DNA of 64,000 nucleotides from a virus. Each line of letters starts with the position of its first letter. Within the stretch, counting starts at the first letter, position 1. The stretch covers positions 4,848-68,847 of IMG/VR virus record IMGVR_UViG_3300036830_000392; one strand, written 5' to 3'. The notes beneath the pieces are model-generated. The model made no database searches. It saw nothing but the letters and a program-made list of their open reading frames with translations, and had not been told where the DNA came from. The translations under genes and the position numbers were made by a program. Positions 45,721 to 54,800 of this stretch are shown in pieces.

Positions 45721-46199
45721 GACAGCGCCTCCAGGCACTTAGGGCAGTTCTGGCCGAGCTTCATTCGCTCGCGGTGGTTGCGGCAGGTCCAGGTCGAGAG
45801 TTCGATCCGCAACTGGACGCCGGCCAAGAAGCCTTCGCCGTAACGGCGCTTGGCGGTCGAAGTCATCCAGCGTTCGGACGGCGGTTCGCCGGCCAGCCCG
45901 TCCGCCAGTCCTTCGGCTACCGCGACGCAGGAGTTCAGCGCGATAGCCGCGGCGTCGGGCAGCTCGGGAACGTCGGGCTGCTGCTGGAGGATGGCCGCCC
46001 CGATCGGGTCGATGACTGCGTCGGGGCCGCTGCGCGCCCACCGCGGGTGTTGCTCCGAGATGCACTGCACCCGCGGGGCGGAGGGCCGAACGATGATGCG
46101 CATGGCCCGGGCCCAGCCGATCGCAGAACGGAGGCGGGCCAGCTCGGGGATCTCCTGGGGAGGGAAGCCGGGGGCCGGGGGCGTAACGGTTGCGGACAT
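45717..46199 (-). CDS. Hypothetical protein with a C-terminal zinc ribbon
   Basis: CRNH...CPKC. Confidence 0.55.
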   Translation of the reverse strand: MSATVTPPAPGFPPQEIPELARLRSAIGWARAMRIIVRPSAPRVQCISEQHPRWARSGPDAVIDPIGAAILQQQPDVPELPDAAAIALNSCVAVAEGLADGLAGEPPSERWMTSTAKRRYGEGFLAGVQLRIELSTWTCRNHRERMKLGQNCPKCLEALS

Positions 46200-46276
46200 G
46201 GGGTTGACCTTTCCGGCCGTGCTCACCCAAAATCCGCGTGCGGGCGCGGGACCTGTGTGAGCAGGGCCTTCGTTCG

Positions 46277-46320
46277 GGCCCCCTGTCTGTTGACGCAGAT
46301 GGGGGGCCGTTTTTAGTTTT
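46277..46320 (+). terminator. Intrinsic terminator oriented against the local genes
   Basis: ggccccctgtctg / cagatggggggcc stem followed by gtttttagtttt on the + strand. Confidence 0.6.
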
Positions 46321-46368
46321 CAGACTGAGGCGCTGCGGAGGCCCGCCGTGACGGGCTACCGTAGGGGC

Positions 46369-46650
46369 TCAGACGGCCGGGCGGCGGATGACGAGGTTGC
46401 GGAAAGCGGCGGCCTCGCTGGCGAATGCCCATGCGTCCGCCCGGGTCAGGCTGCCCTCCTGGCCGCTATAGATGGTGTCCGCATCCTGGGTCAATTTGAC
46501 GGCCCGCTGGGTCTCGCCGCTTGCCCACAGGCGGGCGGCCAGGTCCATAGCAGCTTCCCAGCGGGCCCGGCGCGCATCGTTTTCGGCCTTCATCTCAGCG
46601 CGGACGTTGGCGGCCCAGTTGGCGGCGGTCTCGGTGGTGTTGGTTTCCAT
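46369..46650 (-). CDS. Early hypothetical protein
   Basis: GGAGG RBS. Confidence 0.65.
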   Translation of the reverse strand: METNTTETAANWAANVRAEMKAENDARRARWEAAMDLAARLWASGETQRAVKLTQDADTIYSGQEGSLTRADAWAFASEAAAFRNLVIRRPAV

Positions 46651-46653
46651 GGT

Positions 46654-46980
46654 CTACAGACCTCCAAAGGCGTCAGAGAAAAGGCCGTCGGTGATTCGCA
46701 CCAGGTCCTCGGCGTAAACGTCAGAGGCTTCGCCCTTCACCGTAAAGTCGAACTTGCGCAGGCGACCCACCTGGACGGTGTAGGTGTCGCTGGGGTCCAA
46801 GGTGACGATGATCTTGATGCCGCGGTTGCAGTTCATCATCAGGCCGTTCTCGGTGCCCAGCAGCTGCTTGACGCCCCAGCGGGCGCGGGCCCAGAAGTCG
46901 AGGGCGTTGATTTGGCCCAAGATGATGTTGGCGACGGAGGGCTCGGTCTCGGCGGCGGTCTCGGTGTTCGTCGTGTTCAT
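46654..46980 (-). CDS. Early hypothetical protein (leaderless)
   Basis: MNTTNTE...IVTLDPSDTYTV...DVY. ATG 7 nt after TATACT. The longer track ORF runs through the promoter region. Confidence 0.7.
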   Translation of the reverse strand: MNTTNTETAAETEPSVANIILGQINALDFWARARWGVKQLLGTENGLMMNCNRGIKIIVTLDPSDTYTVQVGRLRKFDFTVKGEASDVYAEDLVRITDGLFSDAFGGL

Positions 46981-46987
46981 GAGAATC

Positions 46988-47102
46988 AGTATATTCATTA
47001 TGATTGCGAGTGCAAGCATAAAAAAGCGAACGCTGCGATTTATTCTGTTCTGGCCATACGCGCATGTTTCGCTTGACTTTGCAGGTGCTCCCACCGCAGG
47101 CT
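46988..47102. promoter_or_regulatory. Divergent early sigma70-like promoters
   Basis: Minus: TTGCAC-16-TATACT-7-ATG. Plus: TTGACT-18-CAGGCT-7-ATG. AT-rich spacer. Confidence 0.75.
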
Positions 47103-47109
47103 TGCGTCG

Positions 47110-47472
47110 ATGGCAAAGAAGGCTGAAGAGGACGCGGTGGCCGTGACGGTTCGGCTCGCCCCCGCTGTTTACAAGGACTTGGCCGACCGTGTTCGAATAG
47201 AGGAACGAACACAGAACGCTGTTGTGAGCCGGGCGATCCGGCTGTATGCCGCGGCTGCTGAGCGATCGATCGCGATCGACGAAGACTTCCTCGCCAATCT
47301 CAAGGCTTCTGCGGAGCGGACAGAATGCACGTGCACGCCGCCGAGCAAGTCGGCGCACTTCAATGGCTGCCCACGAATCCCGGTGATTCTGGCGATCATC
47401 GCGCTCGAACAATTCCTGCCGCGAGAAGATCGAAATCTACAGGGATTGGTGATCAAGAAGGGCGTGCGCTGA
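47110..47472 (+). CDS. Ribbon-helix-helix (Arc-like) regulator
   Basis: AVTVRLAPAVYKDLADRVRIEERTQNAVVSRAIRLY. Confidence 0.7.
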   Translation: MAKKAEEDAVAVTVRLAPAVYKDLADRVRIEERTQNAVVSRAIRLYAAAAERSIAIDEDFLANLKASAERTECTCTPPSKSAHFNGCPRIPVILAIIALEQFLPREDRNLQGLVIKKGVR

Positions 47473-47741
47473 TGCCAAGCCCGACGAAAGGCTGGGTCCG
47501 GTCTACCGCCGGCGCTTCGGCAGGACCTAGCGACTATGTCGCGCCCGACTTCGCCCAGATTAAGGTGGCGCGACAACGGGAAACGGATCGCGAAGCCAAC
47601 CGCGACAAGGCCATCGAACTGCTGCGCAAGGTGACGGCCGAGCTGCGGCACTGGGTTGACATCGAAAGGATCGAGGAAGCGTCACCTAGCGTGCTCGAAG
47701 CCGAGGCGCTGCTGAAGCGGATCGACGAAGGGGGAGGTTGA
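47472..47741 (+). CDS. Hypothetical protein
   Basis: TGATG coupling. Confidence 0.55.
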   Translation: MPSPTKGWVRSTAGASAGPSDYVAPDFAQIKVARQRETDREANRDKAIELLRKVTAELRHWVDIERIEEASPSVLEAEALLKRIDEGGG

Positions 47742-47992
47742 TGGCAAAGATAACGTTCGACGCGCCGCCGGGATCGTACCTCCGCGGCCATACCGTAGAT
47801 TGGCCGGTCGTTCCGCGAGTGGGCGAATTCATCGACATGCAGGATCCGGAAGGGGAAGACCCCGGGGCCGCGTCTTCCGGGGTCGTCAAATCGGTGGTCT
47901 GGTGGCGGGATGGAAGTTGCCGAGTGGTTGTCGGCGTGAACCATGAAATGCTGCTGGCGCAGCTCGACCGCGATACCAGGGATCCAGAGTGA
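47741..47992 (+). CDS. Hypothetical protein
   Basis: GGAGG RBS. VVPRVGEFI motif. Confidence 0.55.
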   Translation: MAKITFDAPPGSYLRGHTVDWPVVPRVGEFIDMQDPEGEDPGAASSGVVKSVVWWRDGSCRVVVGVNHEMLLAQLDRDTRDPE

Positions 47993-48438
47993 CGACCGCC
48001 GACCATTGCCTGCGCTGCGGGCTCGCGTTCTCTGTGCGAGGTTGCTCGCCCGAGGCGTGCAACAACCCCGCGGGCGCGGCCGAGGTCGAGCGGCTGCGCG
48101 CGGAACAGGCGGCGATGGTGGAACGGCCGTGGGAGCGGGCAGTTGATCTATCAACGCTCATTCCACCCGACGCCCCAGCCGCCGAGGTGCGGCCGGCAGT
48201 AGCCCCTTGCCCGCGCTGTGGTCTCTACGGCCTCAACCACCGGGTATTCTGCGGCCCCTCCGACCTCGAAACGCTGCAGGAGATGCTGGAGCGGGCGGGG
48301 ATCAAACTCGCGGTCGACGAGAAGGGATGGACAGATAGTTACGTATCTTTGCGGTTCGCGCCGGACGGCACCCTCAAAGAGATGTGCGATCCCAATGATG
48401 GGCACGAAGGCGGCACATGCCCGTACTGTGGGCTGTGA
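47989..48438 (+). CDS. Cys-rich hypothetical protein
   Basis: CLRC, CPRC and CPYC. Confidence 0.55.
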   Translation: MTTADHCLRCGLAFSVRGCSPEACNNPAGAAEVERLRAEQAAMVERPWERAVDLSTLIPPDAPAAEVRPAVAPCPRCGLYGLNHRVFCGPSDLETLQEMLERAGIKLAVDEKGWTDSYVSLRFAPDGTLKEMCDPNDGHEGGTCPYCGL

Positions 48439-48442
48439 CGAA

Positions 48443-48709
48443 ATGGGCAAACGCCACAACAACCGCACCGGCCGCGAGGCGAAGCGGCGGCGCCGCAGGC
48501 ATGAACGGCGGACGGCTTGGTCTTTTGAACGCGCGGGCCGGACGACGAGCGCCGCGCTGATCGACTGGCCGCCCTTAACGTTCGCTGGATTGCAGGAGGC
48601 GATCGACGAGATCGATCGTCTCGCTCGCAGCCATGAGGATGGGTACGTGTTTCGCTGTTACGGGCTGAGTTTCATCCCGCCCGCCGCACGCTACCTCATC
48701 AAAATCTAG
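48443..48709 (+). CDS. Basic hypothetical protein
   Basis: MGKRHNNR start. Confidence 0.45.
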   Translation: MGKRHNNRTGREAKRRRRRHERRTAWSFERAGRTTSAALIDWPPLTFAGLQEAIDEIDRLARSHEDGYVFRCYGLSFIPPAARYLIKI

Positions 48710-48735
48710 AGCCCGCCCCCGCCCCGCCGCACTCT
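48706..48735 (+). promoter_or_regulatory. Phage late-type promoter motif (endolysin)
   Basis: aaatCTAGAG-18-CACTCT-6-ATG. Confidence 0.7.
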
Positions 48736-48741
48736 GCGGGC

Positions 48742-49251
48742 ATGCCCCGCGACACGGACTTCGTCAGCAAGCTCCTCGACATCGCCGCCTGTGAGGTTGG
48801 CGTCCGCGAGACCGCGCCGAACCGCGGCCAGCGCGTCGACGAGTACCACCGATACGCCGGGCGCGACCCCGCCGCCGCCGACAGCTGGTGCGCCCAGTTC
48901 GTCGGCTTTTGTTCCGGTCACGCCGCCGAGGCGCTCGACCTACCGAACCCGCTTCCGAAGGCGTCGAGCGTATGGGGCCTCTGGCAGCGTGCGCCGCTGT
49001 CGATGCGCGTGGCCGACCCGCGGCCGGGCGACGTCTTCCTCATCGACCACGGTGACGGCAAGGGCCACTGCGGGATCGTCACGGGGCAAGCGTTCGGCGA
49101 GGGCATGCTGACGACGTGCGAAGGCAACACCTCGGTGACCGGCTCGCGCAACGGGGACGGCGTCTACAACCGGACGCGCGGGATCGCCGAGATCACGATC
49201 GGGTTCCTGCGGCCGGCGCTGGCGTTCGTGGATGGGCCGGCGGTGGCGTAG
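48742..49251 (+). CDS. CHAP-domain endolysin
   Basis: EVGVRE..NRG, WCAQFV, PGDVF, GHCGIV and EGNT motifs. Confidence 0.9.
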   Translation: MPRDTDFVSKLLDIAACEVGVRETAPNRGQRVDEYHRYAGRDPAAADSWCAQFVGFCSGHAAEALDLPNPLPKASSVWGLWQRAPLSMRVADPRPGDVFLIDHGDGKGHCGIVTGQAFGEGMLTTCEGNTSVTGSRNGDGVYNRTRGIAEITIGFLRPALAFVDGPAVA

Positions 49252-49388
49252 GAATAATTCCCGCGCCGTTTTACACACCGCCAGCAAGCATGACGCGATA
49301 ATCCGGCGTCATTGCCGTTAGTTACCTAATGGTGGTGGTCGCTGGTGCGCGCTCGGTTGGCAAGATTCAGGAAAGATCCGTGTGCGGG

Positions 49389-49883
49389 TTACAGCAACGC
49401 CGCCCGCGGCACCGCGCCCGCAGTCCGCAGTCGCGCCGCCACCAGTTCCCGCCGCGCGACGTGCGCGGCCAGCCCAATTGCATCGCACTGATCTTCCCCT
49501 GCCGTCACCCCGTACGTCGCCCGCACCCACAGCGCCGCGGCCTTCTTCGTTCCGCCCTTGGTGAGCATGCCCAGGACGCCTCGCTGCCAGATGTTCGGCA
49601 TCACGATTTCGGTGGGCACGCCGCGCACGGCGAAGGCGAGTTGCCAGGCGCCGACGATGCGGCTGAGCACCTTCATCACGTTCGGGTTGGCCTTCTTCCC
49701 GCGCATGACGAAGTTGTCCTCGATCACCACCAGGTCAGGCCGAGCGCCCGCGCAGGCGGAACGCGCAAAGGCGTCGAGGCGCAGCAGATCGCCGGCTTCG
49801 ACGGTGCCGTGGGCGATCAAGCGCTCGCCGTCGAGGCGGGCCCAGCCTGAGCACGTCGCGCTATCAATGGCCAGTAGCCTCAC
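49389..49883 (-). CDS. RuvC-like Holliday junction resolvase
   Basis: LLAID...GWA, VVIED and DQCDAIGLA motifs. Confidence 0.85.
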   Translation of the reverse strand: MRLLAIDSATCSGWARLDGERLIAHGTVEAGDLLRLDAFARSACAGARPDLVVIEDNFVMRGKKANPNVMKVLSRIVGAWQLAFAVRGVPTEIVMPNIWQRGVLGMLTKGGTKKAAALWVRATYGVTAGEDQCDAIGLAAHVARRELVAARLRTAGAVPRAALL

Positions 49884-49922
49884 TGCTCGACTGTGGCAGA
49901 CGGCGCGCGGGAGGGGAAGCGG

Positions 49923-50165
49923 TCATTTCCCGACGGGGCGCTTCTCCAGTCCCTTTTCGGCGAGGATCGCGGCCAGGTCGTCGACGTGCAGAGCATCGAC
50001 CATGCAGACGCCAGTCTGCGCCGGAATTGGCGCGAGACTGCCATTGCAGTAGTCGTTCCCCGGCGTGGCGCCGTGCAAGATGCCGTGCCCAAGGATCTTC
50101 CCCTCATGGTCCAACTGCACGATCCGATCACCGTTCTTTGCTTCTCGGCCATTACGGTAATGCAT
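49923..50165 (-). CDS. Conserved phage hypothetical protein
   Basis: MHYRNGREAKNGD..PGNDYCNG..LHVDD. GAGGAG RBS. Confidence 0.7.
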   Translation of the reverse strand: MHYRNGREAKNGDRIVQLDHEGKILGHGILHGATPGNDYCNGSLAPIPAQTGVCMVDALHVDDLAAILAEKGLEKRPVGK

Positions 50166-50179
50166 GATGATCTCCTCGT

Positions 50180-50410
50180 TTACGGTTTCGCGAGCGCGGC
50201 GCGCACGGCCGCGTCTTTGGATTCAAGCAGCTTTCTCAGCGCCACCGTCCGCTCCGGGTTGCGCGGCAGGTTCAGCAGCTGATCGGCCATCACGAAGAAT
50301 GGCCGCGACACCTCCTGCAGGTGTGGCGGTAGATGCTGGTACGCGAAGAACTGCATGATGTGCTCGGGCAGGGCGGGCGTCGTGCTGCCGGGCGCCGCGG
50401 GTTGGCTCAA
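50180..50410 (-). CDS. Small helical-hairpin phage protein
   Basis: QFFAYQHLPPHLQEVSRPF...PERTVALRKLLESKDAAVRA. Coupled TTG start. Confidence 0.75.
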   Translation of the reverse strand: MSQPAAPGSTTPALPEHIMQFFAYQHLPPHLQEVSRPFFVMADQLLNLPRNPERTVALRKLLESKDAAVRAALAKP

Positions 50411-50577
50411 GGCTTCACCGCCGGCGCCGCCCCGTTGCCCTTCGGCATCGCGAGCCCGAGCGCCCCGCCGATGATCATGCCGGCGATCGGGGTCAATTCG
50501 TTCATGTGATTCGTGAGGGCGCCGACTACCGCGACCGCGGCGCCGACAACCAACGCTCCAAAGTGCCACTTGTCCAT
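50407..50577 (-). CDS. Holin-like 56-aa two-TM protein
   Basis: Not in the track. MDKWHFGALVVGAAVAVVGALTNHMNELTPIAGMIIGGALGLAMPKGNGAAPAVKP with AGGAG RBS. Confidence 0.6.
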   Translation of the reverse strand: MDKWHFGALVVGAAVAVVGALTNHMNELTPIAGMIIGGALGLAMPKGNGAAPAVKP

Positions 50578-50584
50578 GGGACTC

Positions 50585-50857
50585 CTATTTCGAAAAGACC
50601 GCTTCGCCCGCCTGCCCGACCTGGGCCAGCCCCTTGAACGTGTCGCGGAGCGCGTCCCTGAAGTCGCGCCCGATCGGCTCGCGCGCCACCCGCACCTCGT
50701 GCAGCGCCCGCTGGAGGTTGTCGTTCAGCGCCGAGAGCTGGCTGCAGACGTTGGCCAGCACCAGGACGTAAGGCCGGTGGTAATCCAGCGTAGCCTCAGG
50801 CGTCTCGTTCGGCGTCGCGTTGGGGTCGAAGTCGTCGGAGCCGTTGCCTGCCACCAT
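50585..50857 (-). CDS. Hypothetical protein
   Basis: GAGG RBS before MVAGNG. Confidence 0.55.
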   Translation of the reverse strand: MVAGNGSDDFDPNATPNETPEATLDYHRPYVLVLANVCSQLSALNDNLQRALHEVRVAREPIGRDFRDALRDTFKGLAQVGQAGEAVFSK

Positions 50858-50859
50858 GG

Positions 50860-51150
50860 TTACTTCCTCCGCTGCATCAGGAGTTGCTTGAGGTCGGTCT
50901 TGATCGAGCCGACGTCGTCGCGCAGGCCCTTGACGTTCTCCTGCGTGAGCGACTGGCCAATCCGAATCTCGACGATGTCGCTCTGGGCCTTCTTGAACTC
51001 CGCCGGGTCGGGCGAGCGCGCCGCCCACCAGATGCCGCCGCCGATGACACTGGCGATGGCCAGGATCGGGCCGATGATCGAGAACCACGGCGTCGGGGGA
51101 CGCAGGTATCGACTGATCTCCTGCTCGGAGAGTTCGTCGAGACGCCTCAT
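50860..51150 (-). CDS. Single-TM coiled-coil membrane protein (possibly lysis-related)
   Basis: WFSIIGPILAIASVIGGGIWW followed by a coiled coil. Confidence 0.6.
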   Translation of the reverse strand: MRRLDELSEQEISRYLRPPTPWFSIIGPILAIASVIGGGIWWAARSPDPAEFKKAQSDIVEIRIGQSLTQENVKGLRDDVGSIKTDLKQLLMQRRK

Positions 51151-51266
51151 TACGCCGGCGCCTTCTCCGGTTCGGGCTCGGCCTGCGACAGGGCCGGCTT
51201 CGCCCCGCGACGCATCTCGCGCACCTTTCGGCGTCGCTCCTTGCGTGCGCGCTTCTTTCCGCTCAT
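51150..51266 (-). CDS. 38-aa basic leaderless peptide
   Basis: MSGKKRARKERRRKVREMRRGAKPALSQAEPEPEKAPA. 6 nt after the -10 box. TAATG-coupled to the next gene. Confidence 0.55.
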   Translation of the reverse strand: MSGKKRARKERRRKVREMRRGAKPALSQAEPEPEKAPA

Positions 51267-51272
51267 GAGCCA

Positions 51273-51301
51273 ATCCTAGACGTCGGAGGGACGGCCTCCA
51301 G
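51273..51301 (-). promoter_or_regulatory. Phage late-type promoter motif
   Basis: gattCTGGAG-17-TAGGAT-6-ATG. Confidence 0.7.
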
Positions 51302-51304
51302 AAT

Positions 51305-51793
51305 CTAGGGCGTCGCGTCCTCGGCGGCCGGCGCCTCGATGGTCTTCACGGCGGCCTTGGACTGGGCCTCGGCGTCCTGGACGGACGGCGCCTTGTACTG
51401 TTTGTCCTGCATCCGGTCGCGGACCTCGCCGATGTAGTCGATCCAGCCGCCTGGAACTTCGCCATTTTCCGTGGTCTTCACGAAATACTCGATGACGTCG
51501 GCGCTGGTCTCGTACTCGACAAGCTCCGCCGAGAACTGCGCGATCCGGGTCGGCTTCGCCGCTCGGTTCTTCTCCTCGGCTTCGGCTTCGGCTTTGGCTT
51601 CCGATTCGTCGATCATTCGGGACATTGCACGCAGCGCGAAGTTCTTGAAGAGCCGTCGGTGGCTAGCCTGATCGCCGCCCTTCGGTCGGACGAAGTTCGA
51701 GAAGAACCACAGTATGGCCGTGCGCTCTTGCTCGCTGGCCTCAATCCATTTGCCGACCGATTCGGACCTCGCTCGCTGCTTGGATTCACTCAT
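51305..51793 (-). CDS. Hypothetical protein (possible fibre chaperone)
   Basis: Directly downstream of the large fibre gene. Leaderless. Confidence 0.6.
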   Translation of the reverse strand: MSESKQRARSESVGKWIEASEQERTAILWFFSNFVRPKGGDQASHRRLFKNFALRAMSRMIDESEAKAEAEAEEKNRAAKPTRIAQFSAELVEYETSADVIEYFVKTTENGEVPGGWIDYIGEVRDRMQDKQYKAPSVQDAEAQSKAAVKTIEAPAAEDATP

Positions 51794-51799
51794 GAGGCG

Positions 51800-51828
51800 A
51801 TAGTGCGGCGCGGATCTAGATCCTCAAG
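51800..51828 (-). promoter_or_regulatory. Phage late-type promoter motif
   Basis: ttttCTTGAG-17-CACTAT-6-ATG. Confidence 0.7.
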
Positions 51829-51840
51829 AAAAGTGTCTGC

Positions 51841-54800
51841 CTAAGAGAACGACAGGTCTTGCAAGAGGATGTACTTGAGTCCCACTCCGGTTACTTTCAC
51901 GGGGATGTACTCGTTCGAATTCGAGAAGCTGGTTGGCGCCGGGGTGAAGTGAGGGGTTTCAAAGACCTGGGTGCCGTCGCCATCGAAGCGCGCGAGGCCG
52001 AAATCGCAGAAGATGGAATAGCGGTTGGTGGTCGTAAGTCCACCGCCGCCATTCAATGGTGCTCCGTCGATATAGAGAGACGCGAGAGATGTGATAGTCG
52101 CCGACCCGGATGACATCTGAAACGTTCCCTGGGTGATTGCGGCCGTCGCCCAGATCGTTCCCGTGACACCGTTTGAAATATTGGTCGTAGCCGCCTGCTG
52201 CAACTCAAATCCATAGCGGTTCGACGGCGAGGTCGTGATGGCGGTGCCCCAGAGCTTATGGGTCCAATACCCATCGGTCGTAACGCGGGCGCGCTCCGTT
52301 CGGCTGGTGGTGGTTGCGAAAACCATGTCGCCAGTGCTGTTCGCGCTGATGACCATATTCGATGCGATGCTCGGAGCGTGCTCGATAAGACCAACCTGCG
52401 GACCCAGAAGTCCGCTGGTGGTCCAGTTGGTACCCAGCATCGCCATCACCATCGTTTTGCCAGAGTCGGTGTTGGCGTTCAGGCCGGCCACGAACCACGC
52501 GCCAGCTGCGCCACCTGTATTGGCGTTGGTGTTCAGAACTTCCGTGAACGAGTTCTGGGAAACATTGATCGCGATCGTAGCGGTGCTGGCTGGCGTTGTG
52601 GTGCCCAACCAGAACTGCCCCGTCGATTCGCTGAATCCATTGGAGGTCGAGCCGAGAAGGATCTTCCCGTCGTTGCTGGTGTTTGAACGCAGGGTCAGGG
52701 CGTTGCCCGACACGGTGCCGCCGGTCGCCGTCTGGCCGCCCGAGACGCCGGTGGTGATGTTGGCGGTAATGGTATTCGTCGCTCGCGTCAGGCCTATGCT
52801 GAACGTCAGCGGGAACTCATAGTCAGTCCCGCCGGTTGCCGTTGCGATCGTCGAGACGCCCGCCGAAACGGTTTGCTTCAGGATGCCGGTCGTCAGAGCG
52901 CCAAGGTTTTGTGACGACGCTGGGGCGTTGGTCGAATTGCCGACGAAGAATTTCGAGTTGGCGAGCGTCGACTTATCGGCCGAGGACAGGAAACCGGCGG
53001 TGCCGGTGGTTGCCGCAGCGTGGATGCCGCCGCCGCCCCGGTTTCCGTGCTGGGCATCGGTGGCGAGAACGCCCACCTGGATGTCGTCTGGGTTCGCCAG
53101 GATCGAGCCGTCGGCGTTGCCGATAACGTTGAAGGTGCGGCTCGCCGACGTATCACCGCCGCCCGTCAGGCCGGTGCCGGCGGTCAGCGTGATGATACCG
53201 GTGTAGTCGGTGCCGGCCGTGCCGACCGAAACCGTGCCGCTCGTCGCCTTCAGCATGCCGGTCAACGACTGAATGACGACGGTGTTGCCGAACGTGTGGG
53301 ACGCCCCGACGTACGAGACCGCCCGCACCGTACCGGTGCCCGCCGCCTGGGCGCCGACCTTCACCGTGTTGGCGGTCGTGGTCCAGTCGATCGTGTAACG
53401 CTCATAATTCGAGCCATCGGTGCGGGTATTGAAAACGGAGAAACCCTGCGCGGTCGTGGCGGTGGTTCCGACGACATCGAGATAAGGACCGCCCGATGCA
53501 TAGCCACCGATGCCCACGCCTTTGGTCGACGATCCTTGGCCATAGTCAATTAGCGCGCCGTTGTTCATGTGGATGCCGTCGCTCTGGAAATAGAGCAACG
53601 TCGACTCGTTGACGACGACGCGAAGCAAGTCGGTTCCGCTCGCATTCTGGTACGCAAAGCCGGCGCCAGTCGACCCAGTGAATTCGATCCCCGGCGCGGT
53701 GGAGAAGTTGCCGGCCGGCACGAAGATCTGCGCGGCCTTCAATGTAATGGCGCCCGTCGGGCTGGTGGCGAACGTTTGGATCGTCAGCGGGTCGGACGCG
53801 CTAGTGCCTGACGTCCACACCTGCCCGCCGGCCTTGCCGGTGATGTAGTCGCCGGTCACAGCGTTGCTGGCGCGCGTGACGCCCTGGCTGAAGGTCAGCG
53901 GGTTCTCGAAATCGGTTCCGCCCGTGGCGACCGAAATGGTCGAGACGCCGCCAGAGACGGTTTGCTTCAGGATGCCGCTGGCCAGGGCGCCCAGGTTCTG
54001 AGCCGAGGCTGGGGCGTTGGTGCTGTTGCCGACGAAGAACTTCGAGTTGGCCAGCGTGCTCTTATCGGCCGCCGCCAAGAAGCCGGCCGTGCTAGTGGTG
54101 GCGGTGGTGTGCAGCGAGCCGTTCCCGCGGTTGCCATGCTGGGCATCGGTCGCCAGCACGCCCACCTGGATGTCGTCGGCGTTGACGGCGATCGATCCGT
54201 CGGCGTTCGCACCGACGTTGAAGGTTCGGTTGGCGGAAAGGTCGCCGCCTCCGGTGAGGCCAGTGCCGGCGGTCAAGGTGGTGGTGGGCGCGACATAGTC
54301 CGTGCCGCCGGTGCCCACCGAAACCGTGCCGCTGGTTGCCTTCAGCATGCCGGTCAGCGTGCTGATGATGACCGTTCCGGCCAGGCGCGTGGTGCCGGCC
54401 TGTACGTTCAGCGCGTAGGGGTTAGTGATCGTTGCGGTGCCGCTGGGCGCGCCCAGAATGGTGACGGTGGCGGCGTTGTTGATCGTGGTGCTGGTGGCGT
54501 TGATGGTCGGCGCCGCGAACACGACCTGGTTGAAGCCGGCCGCCGTCGAGATCGTCCCGGTGCCGCCGGTCAGGGTGGTGGTGGATGGGTCGAAATAGAC
54601 GGCGTCGAGCGTGGCCGAGCTGCTGAACGCCACCGACTGGGCGGCGTGAACCTGGAACCGGTGGGCGCCCGACGGGAGAACGTTGACGCCCAGCGCGCCG
54701 GCGGCGTTGACGCTGACAGCGCCGGTGCCGCCGTTCGTTCCGAGGAAAGTATTCCCGCCGTTGATGTTTTGAAGAAAGAAGTCGCCGGTTCCAGATTTGT

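Noticed and set aside
46654-47412. 252-aa track ORF
   Set aside because: Its N-terminal part overlaps the RHH gene and the promoters. The real start is most likely 46980.
52718-54373. Fibre duplication as a DGR template/variable repeat pair or a shufflon
   Set aside because: There is no reverse transcriptase or adjacent invertase, both copies are in frame within one gene, and the differences do not look adenine-specific.
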